DNA from: Candidatus Poribacteria bacterium
Lineage (GTDB): Bacteria; Poribacteria; WGA-4E; WGA-3G
NCBI GenBank assembly: GCA_965215265.1
Contig: OZ244048.1
Coordinates: 864,001-928,000 of the forward strand
Reading direction: 5' to 3'
DNA length: 64,000 nt
Part shown: positions 1-9,299 of the stretch, piece by piece
Layout of the letters: the number at the start of each line of letters is the position of its first letter
How positions within the stretch are numbered: position 1 is the first letter of the stretch
Notes under the pieces: model-generated
Told to the model about the DNA's origin: nothing
The model's database searches: none
What the model saw: the letters and a program-made list of their open reading frames with translations, nothing else
Translations under genes and position numbers: made by a program

Positions 1-418
1 GGCGGAGATATGCCGTTGTTAAATTGACATACCCTTCGACAATATCCGGTGCCATGTCAATCACTTTTTTAAAGCTCGCTTCGGCTTCTACATATTTCCC
101 TGCATGCAGATACGCTTGACCAAGATTGTTGTAAGCAGACAGCTCTTTGGTAAAGAAGAGTGTCCGATTTTTATTCCGGATGGCACGCTGATACGCCGCA
201 ATTGCCTGCTCAGCCTCGCCATTGCGCATCAAAAAAGACGCTTTCCTATAAAGGTCGTTGAATTCGGTTTGGTGGTGCCAAATCCACAGAAACAGCAATG
301 TCACACCCAAGCAAAACGTCATGCAAATAATTCTGAACGTCTTATTCGTTGGAGCCAGTTCCTCAGGGCTAGTTTCTGTCGACGCGTTTTCTTGAGTCTC
401 ATTTTTTTCAGGGGACAT
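1..418 (-). CDS. Membrane-anchored TPR protein (partial, runs off window start)
   Basis: Not in the ORF track. My translation from ATG at 418 is MSPEKNETQ...IICMTFCLGVTLLFLWIW (TM)...EAEQAIAAYQRAI...SAYNNLGQAYLHAGKYVEAEASFKKVIDMAPDIVEGYVNL, a clear TPR pattern that stays open to base 1. Confidence 0.85.
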   Translation of the reverse strand, partial: MSPEKNETQENASTETSPEELAPTNKTFRIICMTFCLGVTLLFLWIWHHQTEFNDLYRKASFLMRNGEAEQAIAAYQRAIRNKNRTLFFTKELSAYNNLGQAYLHAGKYVEAEASFKKVIDMAPDIVEGYVNLTTAYLR

Positions 419-493
419 AAAATTATCTACCCTCACGTCAAAACGAATAGTTTTGAAAATTGAATTGATATGAAAAATACGAAGTATTCACCT

Positions 494-615
494 TTTCGTA
501 TATCTCCGTACCATCAAGGGTTTTTGTCTACAGGAGCCCAATGACGCTCTATACCCTTGATGGGGCTGAAATATACAAAAAAACATCAGCCGTGATGGGG
601 CTGCAGTATACAAAC
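494..615. repeat. R1 repeat cluster (4 partial units, two in each orientation)
   Basis: TTCGTATATCTCCGTACCATCAAGGG and TTTGTCTACAGGAGCCC on +; CCCTTGATGGGGCTGAAATATACAAAA and GATGGGGCTGCAGTATACAAA are reverse copies. Confidence 0.8.
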
Positions 616-636
616 TTACACGAATGGAGGCAAGTT

Positions 637-1692
637 ATGAAAACTTACGGTTTTGGGATTATCGGGTGCGGAATGATTTCAGATTTTCACTCCGCCGCGA
701 TAGCTGAATTAGCGCGTGGACACCTCGTTGCTGTCAGTTCCAGAAGTGCCGATAACGCAAAACGGCTCACTGACAGATACAATGTTGACAGCTACGCCGA
801 TTACAACGAAATGCTCAAACGGGACGACCTGGATGTTGTGTGTATCTGTACGCCCAGTGGTGCACATTTAGAACCTGCAGTCGCTGCAGCTAAAGCAGGC
901 AAACATGTTATCGTTGAAAAACCCCTTGAAATTACCTTACAACGCTGCGATGGGATTATCGAAGCGTGTGATGAAGCAGGCGTCCGACTGTGTGCTATTT
1001 TCAATTCTCGCTTTACCGAAAGCACACAACTCGTCAAATCCACTATTGAAAGTGGACGCTTCGGTAAGTTAACGTTAGGCGATGCTTATATCAAATGGTA
1101 CCGTTCGCAAGAGTATTACGACAGCGGCGGTTGGCGCGGTACGTGGCATTTGGATGGTGGTGGTGCACTCATGAACCAATCCATTCACGCTATTGACCTG
1201 CTTCAGTATTTCATGGGTCCCGTCAAAGCTGTACAAGCTTTTACCGATACATTAGCACACGAACGCATTGAAGTTGAAGATGCCGCCGTTGCCGTGCTCC
1301 GCTTTGAAAACGGTGCTTTGGGAGTCATTGAAGGCACAACCGCGACATACCCCGGCATGCTTAAGAAAACTGAAATCTCCGGCACAAACGGCACCGTTAT
1401 CCTTGAGGAAGAAGATATTGTCAAATGGGAATTTGACCCCGAACTTCCCGAAGATGCTGAGATTCGGAAAAACTTTGCACAAAAAACAGATACCGGCGGC
1501 GGTGCCTCCGACCCGCGTGCTATTAACCATGCAAACCACCGACGACAGATGGAAAACCTCATTAATGGGTTGGAAACCCACGCATCGCATCTCGTTGATG
1601 GACGTGAAGGTCGGAAAGCTGTAGAGATTATCCTCGCTATCTATCAATCGAGCCGGGAAGGTCGGATTGTCTCCTTACCTTTATCAACATAA
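637..1692 (+). CDS. Gfo/Idh/MocA family oxidoreductase
   Basis: GIIGCGMI Rossmann motif, KHVIVEKP, GGGALMNQSIH. Start moved to ATG 637 (GGAGG upstream) because the 541-636 extension is repeat DNA. Confidence 0.92.
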   Translation: MKTYGFGIIGCGMISDFHSAAIAELARGHLVAVSSRSADNAKRLTDRYNVDSYADYNEMLKRDDLDVVCICTPSGAHLEPAVAAAKAGKHVIVEKPLEITLQRCDGIIEACDEAGVRLCAIFNSRFTESTQLVKSTIESGRFGKLTLGDAYIKWYRSQEYYDSGGWRGTWHLDGGGALMNQSIHAIDLLQYFMGPVKAVQAFTDTLAHERIEVEDAAVAVLRFENGALGVIEGTTATYPGMLKKTEISGTNGTVILEEEDIVKWEFDPELPEDAEIRKNFAQKTDTGGGASDPRAINHANHRRQMENLINGLETHASHLVDGREGRKAVEIILAIYQSSREGRIVSLPLST

Positions 1693-1732
1693 CGCGCCTA
1701 ATACCAACGGAGACGATTCCTCCTATGTTTCA

Positions 1733-1790
1733 GGATTCCCTCTCCTCTCCGTGCTCAGGCAGGAGAAGAAGTGGGAATCCCTTTTTTTTG
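1733..1790 (+). terminator. Possible bidirectional terminator or hairpin between convergent genes
   Basis: GGATTCCC...GGGAATCC stem followed by a T run. Confidence 0.4.
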
Positions 1791-1935
1791 TATATCTCCG
1801 TACCGTCAACGCTTATGTCGTGAATACCTGTGTGTAAATCTCGTCGGAGCCCTTCGATGTTTTGATTATTTTTGTCTATCTTGGTACCGTCAACGATTAT
1901 GTCGTGAGGACTCGTGTGTTGGCAGGTTCGGTATG
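1783..1935 (+). repeat. R1 repeat cluster (2 tandem units)
   Basis: TTTTGTATATCTCCGTACCGTCAACG...GTGTAAATCTCGTCGGAGCCC, then TTTGTCTATCTTGGTACCGTCAACG...CGTGTGTTGGCAGGTTCGG. Confidence 0.85.
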
Positions 1936-2012
1936 GTGCCCACCCACCCAATTCCTTTCTAGGTTATGATTCATATATCCACAAATTGTGCAAAGGTGAT
2001 TGTCTAATATTA

Positions 2013-2996
2013 TTACGAATAATCAAACACGATTTTAATCGCCTCATCCTTTTTATTCAACGACATCTCAAATCCACGCTGTGCCTCAGTAAACGGTAAA
2101 TGATGCGTAATAATCGGGGAGACATCAAAGCGGCCTTGCAAGATCATATCCCTCGCTAACGGAAAATCGTTCTGCGCCTCTGGACCGACAGAGCCGATGA
2201 ATCGGAGGTTCTTCCGGAAAAAATCTGCAAAATCGAAGTTATAAACCTCATCATCCGGCACACCAAAAGCGAGAAGGGTACCTTCCTTTTTCAAAAGTTG
2301 GAGGCACTGGTTAATCGTTTCCGTCTGATGTCCAACTACCTCAATAACTAGGTCTGCCATTCTGCCATCCGTAAGTTCCGCTACCACTGCGACCGGGTCT
2401 TCTTGAGCAGCATTAATTGTGTGTGTGGCGCGCATCTGCTTAGATACATCAAGCCGGAAATCAACCAGATCTGTCGTAATCACCGCTCTCGCCCCGAGGT
2501 TGCTCAACATGTGCGTAAAGAGCAGTCCCATCGGACCTTGCCCAATAACCACCGTTACTTGGTTCAACAGGTTCCCCAATTTCCGACATGCCCAGACAAC
2601 AGTGCCAAGCGGCTGAGCCATCAATAGGCAGTCTTTACGTACACTCGTTACTGTTTCTTGCGAAAACGATAAGGGGATTATGGCATTCTCATGCGATAAG
2701 AAATATTCAGAAAGTCCTCCGATATCGCTTGGGAGCGCGAGCACCTCATCGCCCGGCTTAAAACGTTCCGATTTACTCTCAACCACAACCCCTATGGCTT
2801 CATGGATGGAGAGCCCCGCACGGAGCGGATAAGCTTCTTGTGGGGATTCAAGCACGAACCACGGCATATCGCTTCCGCAGATAGCACTATGAACGGTTTG
2901 AATCATCACCATGCCATCTGGATAATCCGCTAAGTCCGGTTTTTCTATCTCAATAATTTCAATCTGACGTGGTGCAACAATTTGTCCAACTTTCAT
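2013..2996 (-). CDS. Zinc-binding (MDR) dehydrogenase
   Basis: SAICGSD, IHEAIG and VIGQGPMG motifs of medium-chain dehydrogenases. Confidence 0.9.
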   Translation of the reverse strand: MKVGQIVAPRQIEIIEIEKPDLADYPDGMVMIQTVHSAICGSDMPWFVLESPQEAYPLRAGLSIHEAIGVVVESKSERFKPGDEVLALPSDIGGLSEYFLSHENAIIPLSFSQETVTSVRKDCLLMAQPLGTVVWACRKLGNLLNQVTVVIGQGPMGLLFTHMLSNLGARAVITTDLVDFRLDVSKQMRATHTINAAQEDPVAVVAELTDGRMADLVIEVVGHQTETINQCLQLLKKEGTLLAFGVPDDEVYNFDFADFFRKNLRFIGSVGPEAQNDFPLARDMILQGRFDVSPIITHHLPFTEAQRGFEMSLNKKDEAIKIVFDYS

Positions 2997-2997
2997 A

Positions 2998-3212
2998 CTT
3001 TCGTATATCTCCGTACCCTCAACGTCTGTCCTTTTGAAGGCTCGTGTGTAAATCTCGTTTTTTTGTATATTTCAGCCCCATCAAGGGGTTATGTATTGTT
3101 AAATCCGATATAAATCTCGTCGGAGGTTAACTCGGTATAGCATAAAGCGATAAGCCAAAACGGCAGTGGCGAGGCTCACCAATCCTGCCTGCAGGAATCT
3201 ATAGACAAAAAA
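2998..3212. repeat. R1 repeat cluster (2 nested units plus an inverted end and R2 remnant)
   Basis: TTCGTATATCTCCGTACC...GTAAATCTCGT|TTTTTTGTATATTTCAGCCCCATCAAGG...AAATCTCGTCGGAGGTTAACTCGGTATAG. Confidence 0.85.
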
Positions 3213-3225
3213 GGAACTCCGGTTA

Positions 3226-4197
3226 TCAGAGTGACCGGACAGCCTCTAAGACTTGCGAGTGTATTTTTCCGTTCGTCGCGACGATACCCCGGTTTTCAAC
3301 CATCCGTCTGCCAGCACCAAAATTCAGGAGCGCGCCGTTTGCATCGGTTACCATGCCCCCTGCCTCTTCTACAATAATGAGCCCCGCGGCGTGGTCCCAG
3401 ATGCATTCCCGGTAATCTGGAGACGCAGGATTTGGTAACCGGAGATAGAGCGAAATATCGCCTCGGGCGAGCAGAGCGTACTTCGCTTGGCTGTCCATCT
3501 GAATCGGGGGCACAGTCATCTTGAGTCGATCTGCGATTTCTGCATGTCTATCGCTGTCACCGTGTGTGGATTCAAAACTCTCTGCTAACCGGTCTGCCTC
3601 GTCTCCAACGTGCGCTTCTCCTAAGAAATTGCCGGCGAGTGAATACATCGCGGTCCCTTCGCCACGAACCGCCACAAAGAGGCAGCCGCGTTCCGATTCC
3701 GGCGCATTCAACCGTTGCGGTAGATTCGGACATGCTAAGATACCGAGCGCGACTTCACCATTAACAATTTCGGCTAACGCAATCGCGTACTGGTCGTGGC
3801 GGAGGAAGCCTTTGGTACCATCAATCGGATCGAGTGTCCAAAAGTTTTTCCCCACGCAATCCGTGCCTCGATTAATCCATTCGCAGAGTACTTCAGGCGA
3901 TGCGGAAGAGCATCCTGACTGCACCTGACGGGAGTTAACGTAGTGGACAACACGTTTCAAAAGGTCCGGATTGGCTTTTAGCGATGCCGCATCCTCTTCT
4001 GCAACAATAGCAGTTCCTGGAAACGCATCGCCAATCGCCTTGCAAATAAGTGCCTGCGCCCCGAAATCTGCTACCGTGACCGGGCTCCGATCGGCTTTTT
4101 GAAGAGAATCTGTAGAGACTAATTCAGTTTCAACCTGTTGACAGAGTTGGACAGCTTTTAGTACCGCGGCAACCGCGAGTTGTTTCTTAGATGGCAT
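3226..4197 (-). CDS. 3'(2'),5'-bisphosphate nucleotidase, HAL2-like (inositol monophosphatase superfamily)
   Basis: SPVTVADFGAQ, WTLDPIDGTKGF, MDSQAKY and IWDHAAG motifs. Confidence 0.9.
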   Translation of the reverse strand: MPSKKQLAVAAVLKAVQLCQQVETELVSTDSLQKADRSPVTVADFGAQALICKAIGDAFPGTAIVAEEDAASLKANPDLLKRVVHYVNSRQVQSGCSSASPEVLCEWINRGTDCVGKNFWTLDPIDGTKGFLRHDQYAIALAEIVNGEVALGILACPNLPQRLNAPESERGCLFVAVRGEGTAMYSLAGNFLGEAHVGDEADRLAESFESTHGDSDRHAEIADRLKMTVPPIQMDSQAKYALLARGDISLYLRLPNPASPDYRECIWDHAAGLIIVEEAGGMVTDANGALLNFGAGRRMVENRGIVATNGKIHSQVLEAVRSL

Positions 4198-4202
4198 TTT
4201 CC

Positions 4203-4282
4203 TTTTTTGTATCTTTCAGCCCCATCAAGGGTTATGTATTGTTAAATCCGATGTAAATCTCGTCGGAGGTTAACTCGGTATA
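4203..4282 (+). repeat. R1 unit, near-identical to the copy at 3062-3140
   Basis: TTTTGTATCTTTCAGCCCCATCAAGGGTTATGTATTGTTAAATCCGATGTAAATCTCGTCGGAGGTTAACTCGGTATAG. Confidence 0.9.
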
Positions 4283-4358
4283 GTCTTTTAAAATCAAAAC
4301 ATCAGTCAGCTCAGCCGATCTATAGATCGCCTTTGATGTTTAGATTGATAATAAAAAT

Positions 4359-5003
4359 TTAAAAAAGTGTCATTCTCGGCAGTTCACCTGCCTCAAGTTG
4401 TTTCCGCCGTGCCTCGGCGATATCGTCAATCACAATTTGCCGCGTCACCCTAAAATTCTCTCCTTCTTGACGCATGACATAAGCCGGGTTAAACGTTGCC
4501 ATAGCAAATGGGGCATACAGCGTATCTGTAAACCAGATACCGCGTTCTTCTGTAATCCGGAACTGCCGATGAATCAGTACTTTCGCCGCAGGGCTTCCCA
4601 TGCATAAAATTACCGAGGGATGGAGGAGGTACAGCTCACCATCAAGCCATTTGGAACAGGCCTTGATTTCTGATGCCTTCGGCGGACGGTTTTTTAGCAC
4701 ACCGCCCCTGAGCCCTGCTGCACGGCATTTAATGATATTGGTTATCCAGAGTTCACTGCGCGTTAATCCATTGATGATCAGCACTTCATCCAGAAAATCA
4801 CCAGCTGGCCCCGAAAACGGAACCGTCGTCTGATTATCTGCCGCAGAAGGCCCCTCTGCAACGATGACCAACTTCGCCTCAGTATCTCCATAACCAAAAA
4901 CGACGTTTGCCCGCGTCTCTGACAACGTGCAATCCGTACAAACGCTTGCCCGTATTTTGAGCGTATTCATCGCTTGATGACGTTCGATGCTGGAATCTGT
5001 CAT
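4359..5003 (-). CDS. Uracil-DNA glycosylase, family 4 ([4Fe-4S] type)
   Basis: CTDCTL, VFGYG, AEGP, PFSGPAG, ITNIIKCR and NRPP motifs. The usual TxHP motif reads TFNP. Confidence 0.85.
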   Translation of the reverse strand: MTDSSIERHQAMNTLKIRASVCTDCTLSETRANVVFGYGDTEAKLVIVAEGPSAADNQTTVPFSGPAGDFLDEVLIINGLTRSELWITNIIKCRAAGLRGGVLKNRPPKASEIKACSKWLDGELYLLHPSVILCMGSPAAKVLIHRQFRITEERGIWFTDTLYAPFAMATFNPAYVMRQEGENFRVTRQIVIDDIAEARRKQLEAGELPRMTLF

Positions 5004-5027
5004 AGTCCGTCTGCTGTTCTATTCTAC

Positions 5028-7601
5028 TTATAAACTACCACCGGATGTTTTCGAGAACCGGATGTTGGCATGAACGAGTTTCTCTGTTCTCCCGAATGTG
5101 ATTCGGCAAATAGGCTTATCCCAACTGTATCGATAATCGCTTCCATAAGCAGACACACCTATCGGCAGATAATCCGCTGGTACATGAATGAAACAGGTCC
5201 CTTCTGCCTGCCGGATCGGTTTGCAAACCAGGAGATAACTTTCACTTTGCGAATCCCACCCTGCAGAGAGAATTTCAACACTTCCTTGGGTATAGTGCAT
5301 ATCTGTCGCAAGCAATTGCGGCGTAGGAAAGGCTTCCCGTAATGAGAGGAGTTTAGCAGAACGCGGTGAGATGTTCAACAACGTGAGGCTGCTAGAAACG
5401 GTGCCCAAGTATTGTCGCATCCAAAAATCATGTACGAGGTAGTCTTTTGATTCCGGCAAACCCAAGGCATCCAAGTCAAAGTAAGCATCATCCTCTTTGT
5501 CGTCCCAATTAAAGATAGCGACGAGGTGGTTTGCCAAGGTTGATTCTCTTATGTTATACGGACCGGATTGCGCGTCCATTTTGAGATGCCAAACACGCGG
5601 GAAAGGGTTCTCATAAAGATCTACAGGGGTGGCCGCTTTACCAAGCAGCGGGAAGAGTTTTGCTAACAGTTCAGCACGGTGCGGTTTGAGAGTTGCGACG
5701 GCATCTCCACAGAAGAGCGCGCCACCGCTTAAGGCTGCCGCAGTCATTTCGAGAATCGCTTCATTGATCGGACGCGGCTCGTCCACCGCAAGTTCGCCAA
5801 AGACGTGACTCCATAACACATTATGCTCACTGAGATGCACCGCGTGACGACTAATTCGGTGCTTAGTCCCCCGCTGACGATGCCAAAAGTGGCTCCCATC
5901 TGTCGGCATGGTGCCTTTCTCGCCACCGACGAGCGGGAAATTCAACGGAAAACCCCCGATGCAGGGCGCAGTAATTACATTGTACCCCGCAACCAGCACT
6001 GCTTTATCAGAAACGCCGCTATCTCGCACAGCATCTTTTACTAACTGGAGCGCTAACCGATAGAGCTGAATAGAGGTGAGCGAACTATCATGCCATCTCA
6101 AATTCCGCGCGGATGAGAGAACCGTGGTGTACCCCGAAAAATCGGCTTTTATCAAATCGTACTTCCATTCGCTGATTATCTGTTTAATCTGTTGACGAAT
6201 ATACGCTTGTGCATCCGGGTGTGAAACGTCTAATAAACCACCCTCTTTTTCACCAGGCATCACCCTACGTACCAAAACTGGGGATGCTGATGCCTTCCGG
6301 GGCCGACCTCGTTTTGAATTGGATAAGAAGTTCTCCCTGCTTTGCAGGGATGAATTCTTACCGCGCGATGAGCGACGGGAGGGAGGAGCAACTTCTTGTA
6401 GGAATAAGCGTGGGTGCTTTTGAAACAATTCAGACTTAACTGCTTCACAAAACAGGTTAATTCGGAGGCTTGTCTTGAAGCCTTTGCTCCGAATTTCGTT
6501 CACCACAGCAGACATGCCGTCTGGAAAATCTTCAGCATTGAGGACCCACGTACCATCGAAGTTGCGGGTACCCTCGATAGCATCCAGATGAATGTAATCT
6601 ATACCGCCAGGGGCACCCGGCTGAAAGAGCGGATTTTGGACAATCAGGTCGGTTTGCTCCAAGATGGATTTCGCAGTCAGATAAGGTTTATCTGGTGCCG
6701 CACCACGTTTCGTGCCCCTTCCAACTTGCGACGCAAGACTCCAGCCACTGATAATCTGTGCAGTCCTTTGTGCCTTATTCTGTGCCGCTAATAGTGCCGT
6801 ATAGTGCTCATAACTTGAGGTAGCATCCTTTGAAAAATTAAGGTAAGCTGACTCCGACGTTATTTCTTCGCCCTGACGACACGAGCGGCCCTCACACTTA
6901 TGATAGAGTGACCACAAGTTAACGCTGGAAACGTCATCAGCCTTTTGGTAACCCACTTGAACGTGGGGCCACCACTGTTCCGTCGTCAGGAAACCAAAGA
7001 CGAAAGCACGTTTGCTCTCCGTATCGTGAAGCACGCCGTTATGACAAAGATCAATGGCATCCTCTTCACTAAGTTGAAAACCGTCATAGAGTTTTTGAAA
7101 TCCACCAGGAACTGTCGGGAGCATATTGAGAAAAATATAATAATTCGATGGGGGTCCTCCTAATTGCAATCCTCCATTCTTCGCTGAAAGCCCTAACAGC
7201 GTTAAACTGTCTAATTCAATCGATGCCTCTTTTAAATTTTCAACTCCCACTTTCAGTTCGATATGCGGTTCGGACAGAGAGCAGCTCACATAGATATTTA
7301 AGCGGATACCTTTTCCTTTCGCTTCGTGAGAAAATCGTACCTGTTGGACGTGTTTATCCGTGGCATCAGGACCAGACGGAACGACATCTGTCATAAATTC
7401 GCACGTCCCAGTGTCCTCTGTTGTGACAACCGAACCATCACCGAGGGTGAGCTTCGTGTATCCGTTCTTGATAATCGTGTACCCTGTTCCATCAATGTAA
7501 TCCCATGTCCCTTTTGAAAGATTGAACTCAATCCGAAATTCCTTGTGGTTTATCACAGCAAGGTTGCCCTGCCGTGAGACTGCTAAATCACTTGCTTTCA
7601 T
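5028..7601 (-). CDS. Alpha-galactosidase-like glycoside hydrolase (GH36/GH27 clan), possibly divergent
   Basis: FPDGM..VVNEIRSKGFK, LDVSHPDAQAYI, YDLIKADF, and a C-terminal VAIFNW...YLVHDFW beta domain. Confidence 0.65.
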   Translation of the reverse strand: MKASDLAVSRQGNLAVINHKEFRIEFNLSKGTWDYIDGTGYTIIKNGYTKLTLGDGSVVTTEDTGTCEFMTDVVPSGPDATDKHVQQVRFSHEAKGKGIRLNIYVSCSLSEPHIELKVGVENLKEASIELDSLTLLGLSAKNGGLQLGGPPSNYYIFLNMLPTVPGGFQKLYDGFQLSEEDAIDLCHNGVLHDTESKRAFVFGFLTTEQWWPHVQVGYQKADDVSSVNLWSLYHKCEGRSCRQGEEITSESAYLNFSKDATSSYEHYTALLAAQNKAQRTAQIISGWSLASQVGRGTKRGAAPDKPYLTAKSILEQTDLIVQNPLFQPGAPGGIDYIHLDAIEGTRNFDGTWVLNAEDFPDGMSAVVNEIRSKGFKTSLRINLFCEAVKSELFQKHPRLFLQEVAPPSRRSSRGKNSSLQSRENFLSNSKRGRPRKASASPVLVRRVMPGEKEGGLLDVSHPDAQAYIRQQIKQIISEWKYDLIKADFSGYTTVLSSARNLRWHDSSLTSIQLYRLALQLVKDAVRDSGVSDKAVLVAGYNVITAPCIGGFPLNFPLVGGEKGTMPTDGSHFWHRQRGTKHRISRHAVHLSEHNVLWSHVFGELAVDEPRPINEAILEMTAAALSGGALFCGDAVATLKPHRAELLAKLFPLLGKAATPVDLYENPFPRVWHLKMDAQSGPYNIRESTLANHLVAIFNWDDKEDDAYFDLDALGLPESKDYLVHDFWMRQYLGTVSSSLTLLNISPRSAKLLSLREAFPTPQLLATDMHYTQGSVEILSAGWDSQSESYLLVCKPIRQAEGTCFIHVPADYLPIGVSAYGSDYRYSWDKPICRITFGRTEKLVHANIRFSKTSGGSL
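6324..6360. repeat. R2-like hairpin inside the glycoside hydrolase CDS
   Basis: TCCCTGC-TTT-GCAGGGA stem. The 16-mer TCCCTGCTTTGCAGGG recurs in the intergenic hairpin at 57491-57506. Confidence 0.7.
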
Positions 7602-7688
7602 ACATGGTTCCTTCCATGGCGTTCATACTTTAGCAATATAGAGTTGTCTTCGCTATCCATCAAATTTCCTATACACATATTGGCTTTA

Positions 7689-7790
7689 TTCGTATATCTC
7701 CGTACCGTCAACGTTTATGTCGTGATTACTCGTGTGTTGGCAGGTTCGGTTTTCTTTATCTCTCCTTATAGGAGAGATAAAGAACCTAAC
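7689..7790 (+). repeat. R1 unit fused to an R2-type hairpin
   Basis: First ~65 bp nearly identical to 60616-60682, followed by the palindrome TTCTTTATCTCTCCT-TAT-AGGAGAGATAAAGAA. Confidence 0.85.
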
Positions 7791-7813
7791 AGACAACAGT
7801 GTCTGTGCGAAGT

Positions 7814-8551
7814 TCAAACTGCCCAGCAGTGAATCAGGAGCGTGGGTTCCTTACCGGTCTGCCGCAGTGAAAAGGTATCATGTGGACTGAGGAAAATCAC
7901 ATCATGTGGTTGGAGTTTTGAAGTCTCTGAAATTAAAGTCACGTCGGCGCACCCATCTTTTAAAACATAAATCGATTCTCTGGCCAACGGTTCGTGGGTA
8001 AACTCGCCACCTATACCAAGTTGAATGTAATCTAATGACAAATGGACAGAACCTTTTTCGGGAGAGACGACACTCCGCCAAGAGGAAGCAGAACCTGAAT
8101 CCGGAAATTTTCCAAAAACCGGACCGCTTCGTGCCATATTAATCACTTGCACATTGCTCCGATGCCCCTGCTGCGGTGTCGGAATCTCATTCGGCGTATC
8201 CCGTTCACCCCGGTACAGTGCCATATCCGGAGGGGCTTGAAAACTGATTAACCGTGCCATCTGCTCTGTCGTGTTGACCGTGCCATGGATTTCACCTGCT
8301 GGCACAAAAATCACATCCTCTGCACTAATTGGCGTATAGACGTTTCCTTGCCGAATTGCGCCACCGCCTTCCAACACCACAATTGCATCTTCTGAAACAT
8401 CGTGATAGTGCTGTGTGAACTCTTGGCCAGGGGCGTGATGCCCATGGTTCAACGTCAACTGTTTAGAACCCATATCCGGGTGCACAACCCGCCAGTTTTT
8501 TCCTTTGCCCATTTGAAACGGCATTCCGCTCTGAAGATTCAGAATTTGCAT
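7814..8551 (-). CDS. Bicupin domain protein
   Basis: HYHDVSEDAIVVLEG and IFVPAGEIH cupin motifs, plus a second degenerate cupin. Confidence 0.8.
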   Translation of the reverse strand: MQILNLQSGMPFQMGKGKNWRVVHPDMGSKQLTLNHGHHAPGQEFTQHYHDVSEDAIVVLEGGGAIRQGNVYTPISAEDVIFVPAGEIHGTVNTTEQMARLISFQAPPDMALYRGERDTPNEIPTPQQGHRSNVQVINMARSGPVFGKFPDSGSASSWRSVVSPEKGSVHLSLDYIQLGIGGEFTHEPLARESIYVLKDGCADVTLISETSKLQPHDVIFLSPHDTFSLRQTGKEPTLLIHCWAV

Positions 8552-9255
8552 GTTTCATCCTTTTTGATTGCACCCCGGCTGTGGAAGCGCGATGCGAACT
8601 CAGCGACGCGATAAAACGATAAAACCGTATCCCCGTAACGTTCCTGCCGATAGCAGTCTAACGTCCCCACCGTCCCTGGAAGACAAGTCTGCCTTGAATG
8701 TTCGACAGCCAACGTACCGTTGGCGTGAAGCAATTCTGCCGATGCAAGTCGTGCTAAACATGCAGAATATAGCCCCGCGTTATACGGCGGATCGAAATAG
8801 ATAAATTCAAATCCAGTAGCAGGACTCGCCACCCATTGGGGAAGGGAAGTTCTCCCCGCAAACGGGGAGGAATCCCCTTTCCTTTTACCTGCCACCCACT
8901 GGGTTGTCTGAACCCGTCGGTTACCAAGTAAGATGAGTGCCTTTTCGATATCGCACTGCAGAAGTTTCACTTGTGAATGCTCACGAGTCAAGCTGCAAAC
9001 TTGAAGGTTGCGTTCAATAATGCGTGTACACCTACGATCGCTTTCAACAAACGTCACATGTTTAGCACCGCGGCTCAACGCCTCAATCCCGATGCTCCCC
9101 GTACCAGCACAAAGGTCGAGAAAGTGGGCTCCAACCATCTGTTCCCGGAAAATGCTAAAAATAGATTCTTTGACTCTATCGGCAGTTGGTCTCACCGTTC
9201 TGCCCTTCGGTGCGATTAAGTGCTTTCTTCTAAATTTACCTGCGATAACCCGCAT
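8539..9255 (-). CDS. rsmD: 16S rRNA m2G966 methyltransferase with an internal repeat-derived insertion
   Basis: MRVIAGKFR, RPTADRVKESIF, LDLCAGTGSIGIEALSRGA, DPPY and YGDT motifs. Confidence 0.92.
   Translation of the reverse strand: MRVIAGKFRRKHLIAPKGRTVRPTADRVKESIFSIFREQMVGAHFLDLCAGTGSIGIEALSRGAKHVTFVESDRRCTRIIERNLQVCSLTREHSQVKLLQCDIEKALILLGNRRVQTTQWVAGKRKGDSSPFAGRTSLPQWVASPATGFEFIYFDPPYNAGLYSACLARLASAELLHANGTLAVEHSRQTCLPGTVGTLDCYRQERYGDTVLSFYRVAEFASRFHSRGAIKKDETCKF
8825..8903 (-). repeat. R2 element in frame within rsmD
   Basis: Minus strand CCCAGTGGGTGGCAGGTAAAAGG...CTCCCCG-TTTG-CGGGGAG...CCCAATGGGTGGCGAG matches R2 copies at 51674, 58752 and 60686. Confidence 0.85.
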
Positions 9256-9299
9256 GTTTTCACCATGATGCCCCCCTGCAGCTCACATTGTACAGGACA

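Noticed and set aside
104-463. Plus-strand 119-aa ORF
   Set aside because: Shadow of the minus-strand TPR gene (1-418).
541-636. N-terminal extension of the oxidoreductase (likewise 51660-51797 and 62337-62360)
   Set aside because: These are translations of R1/R2 repeat DNA; family-typical starts lie downstream.
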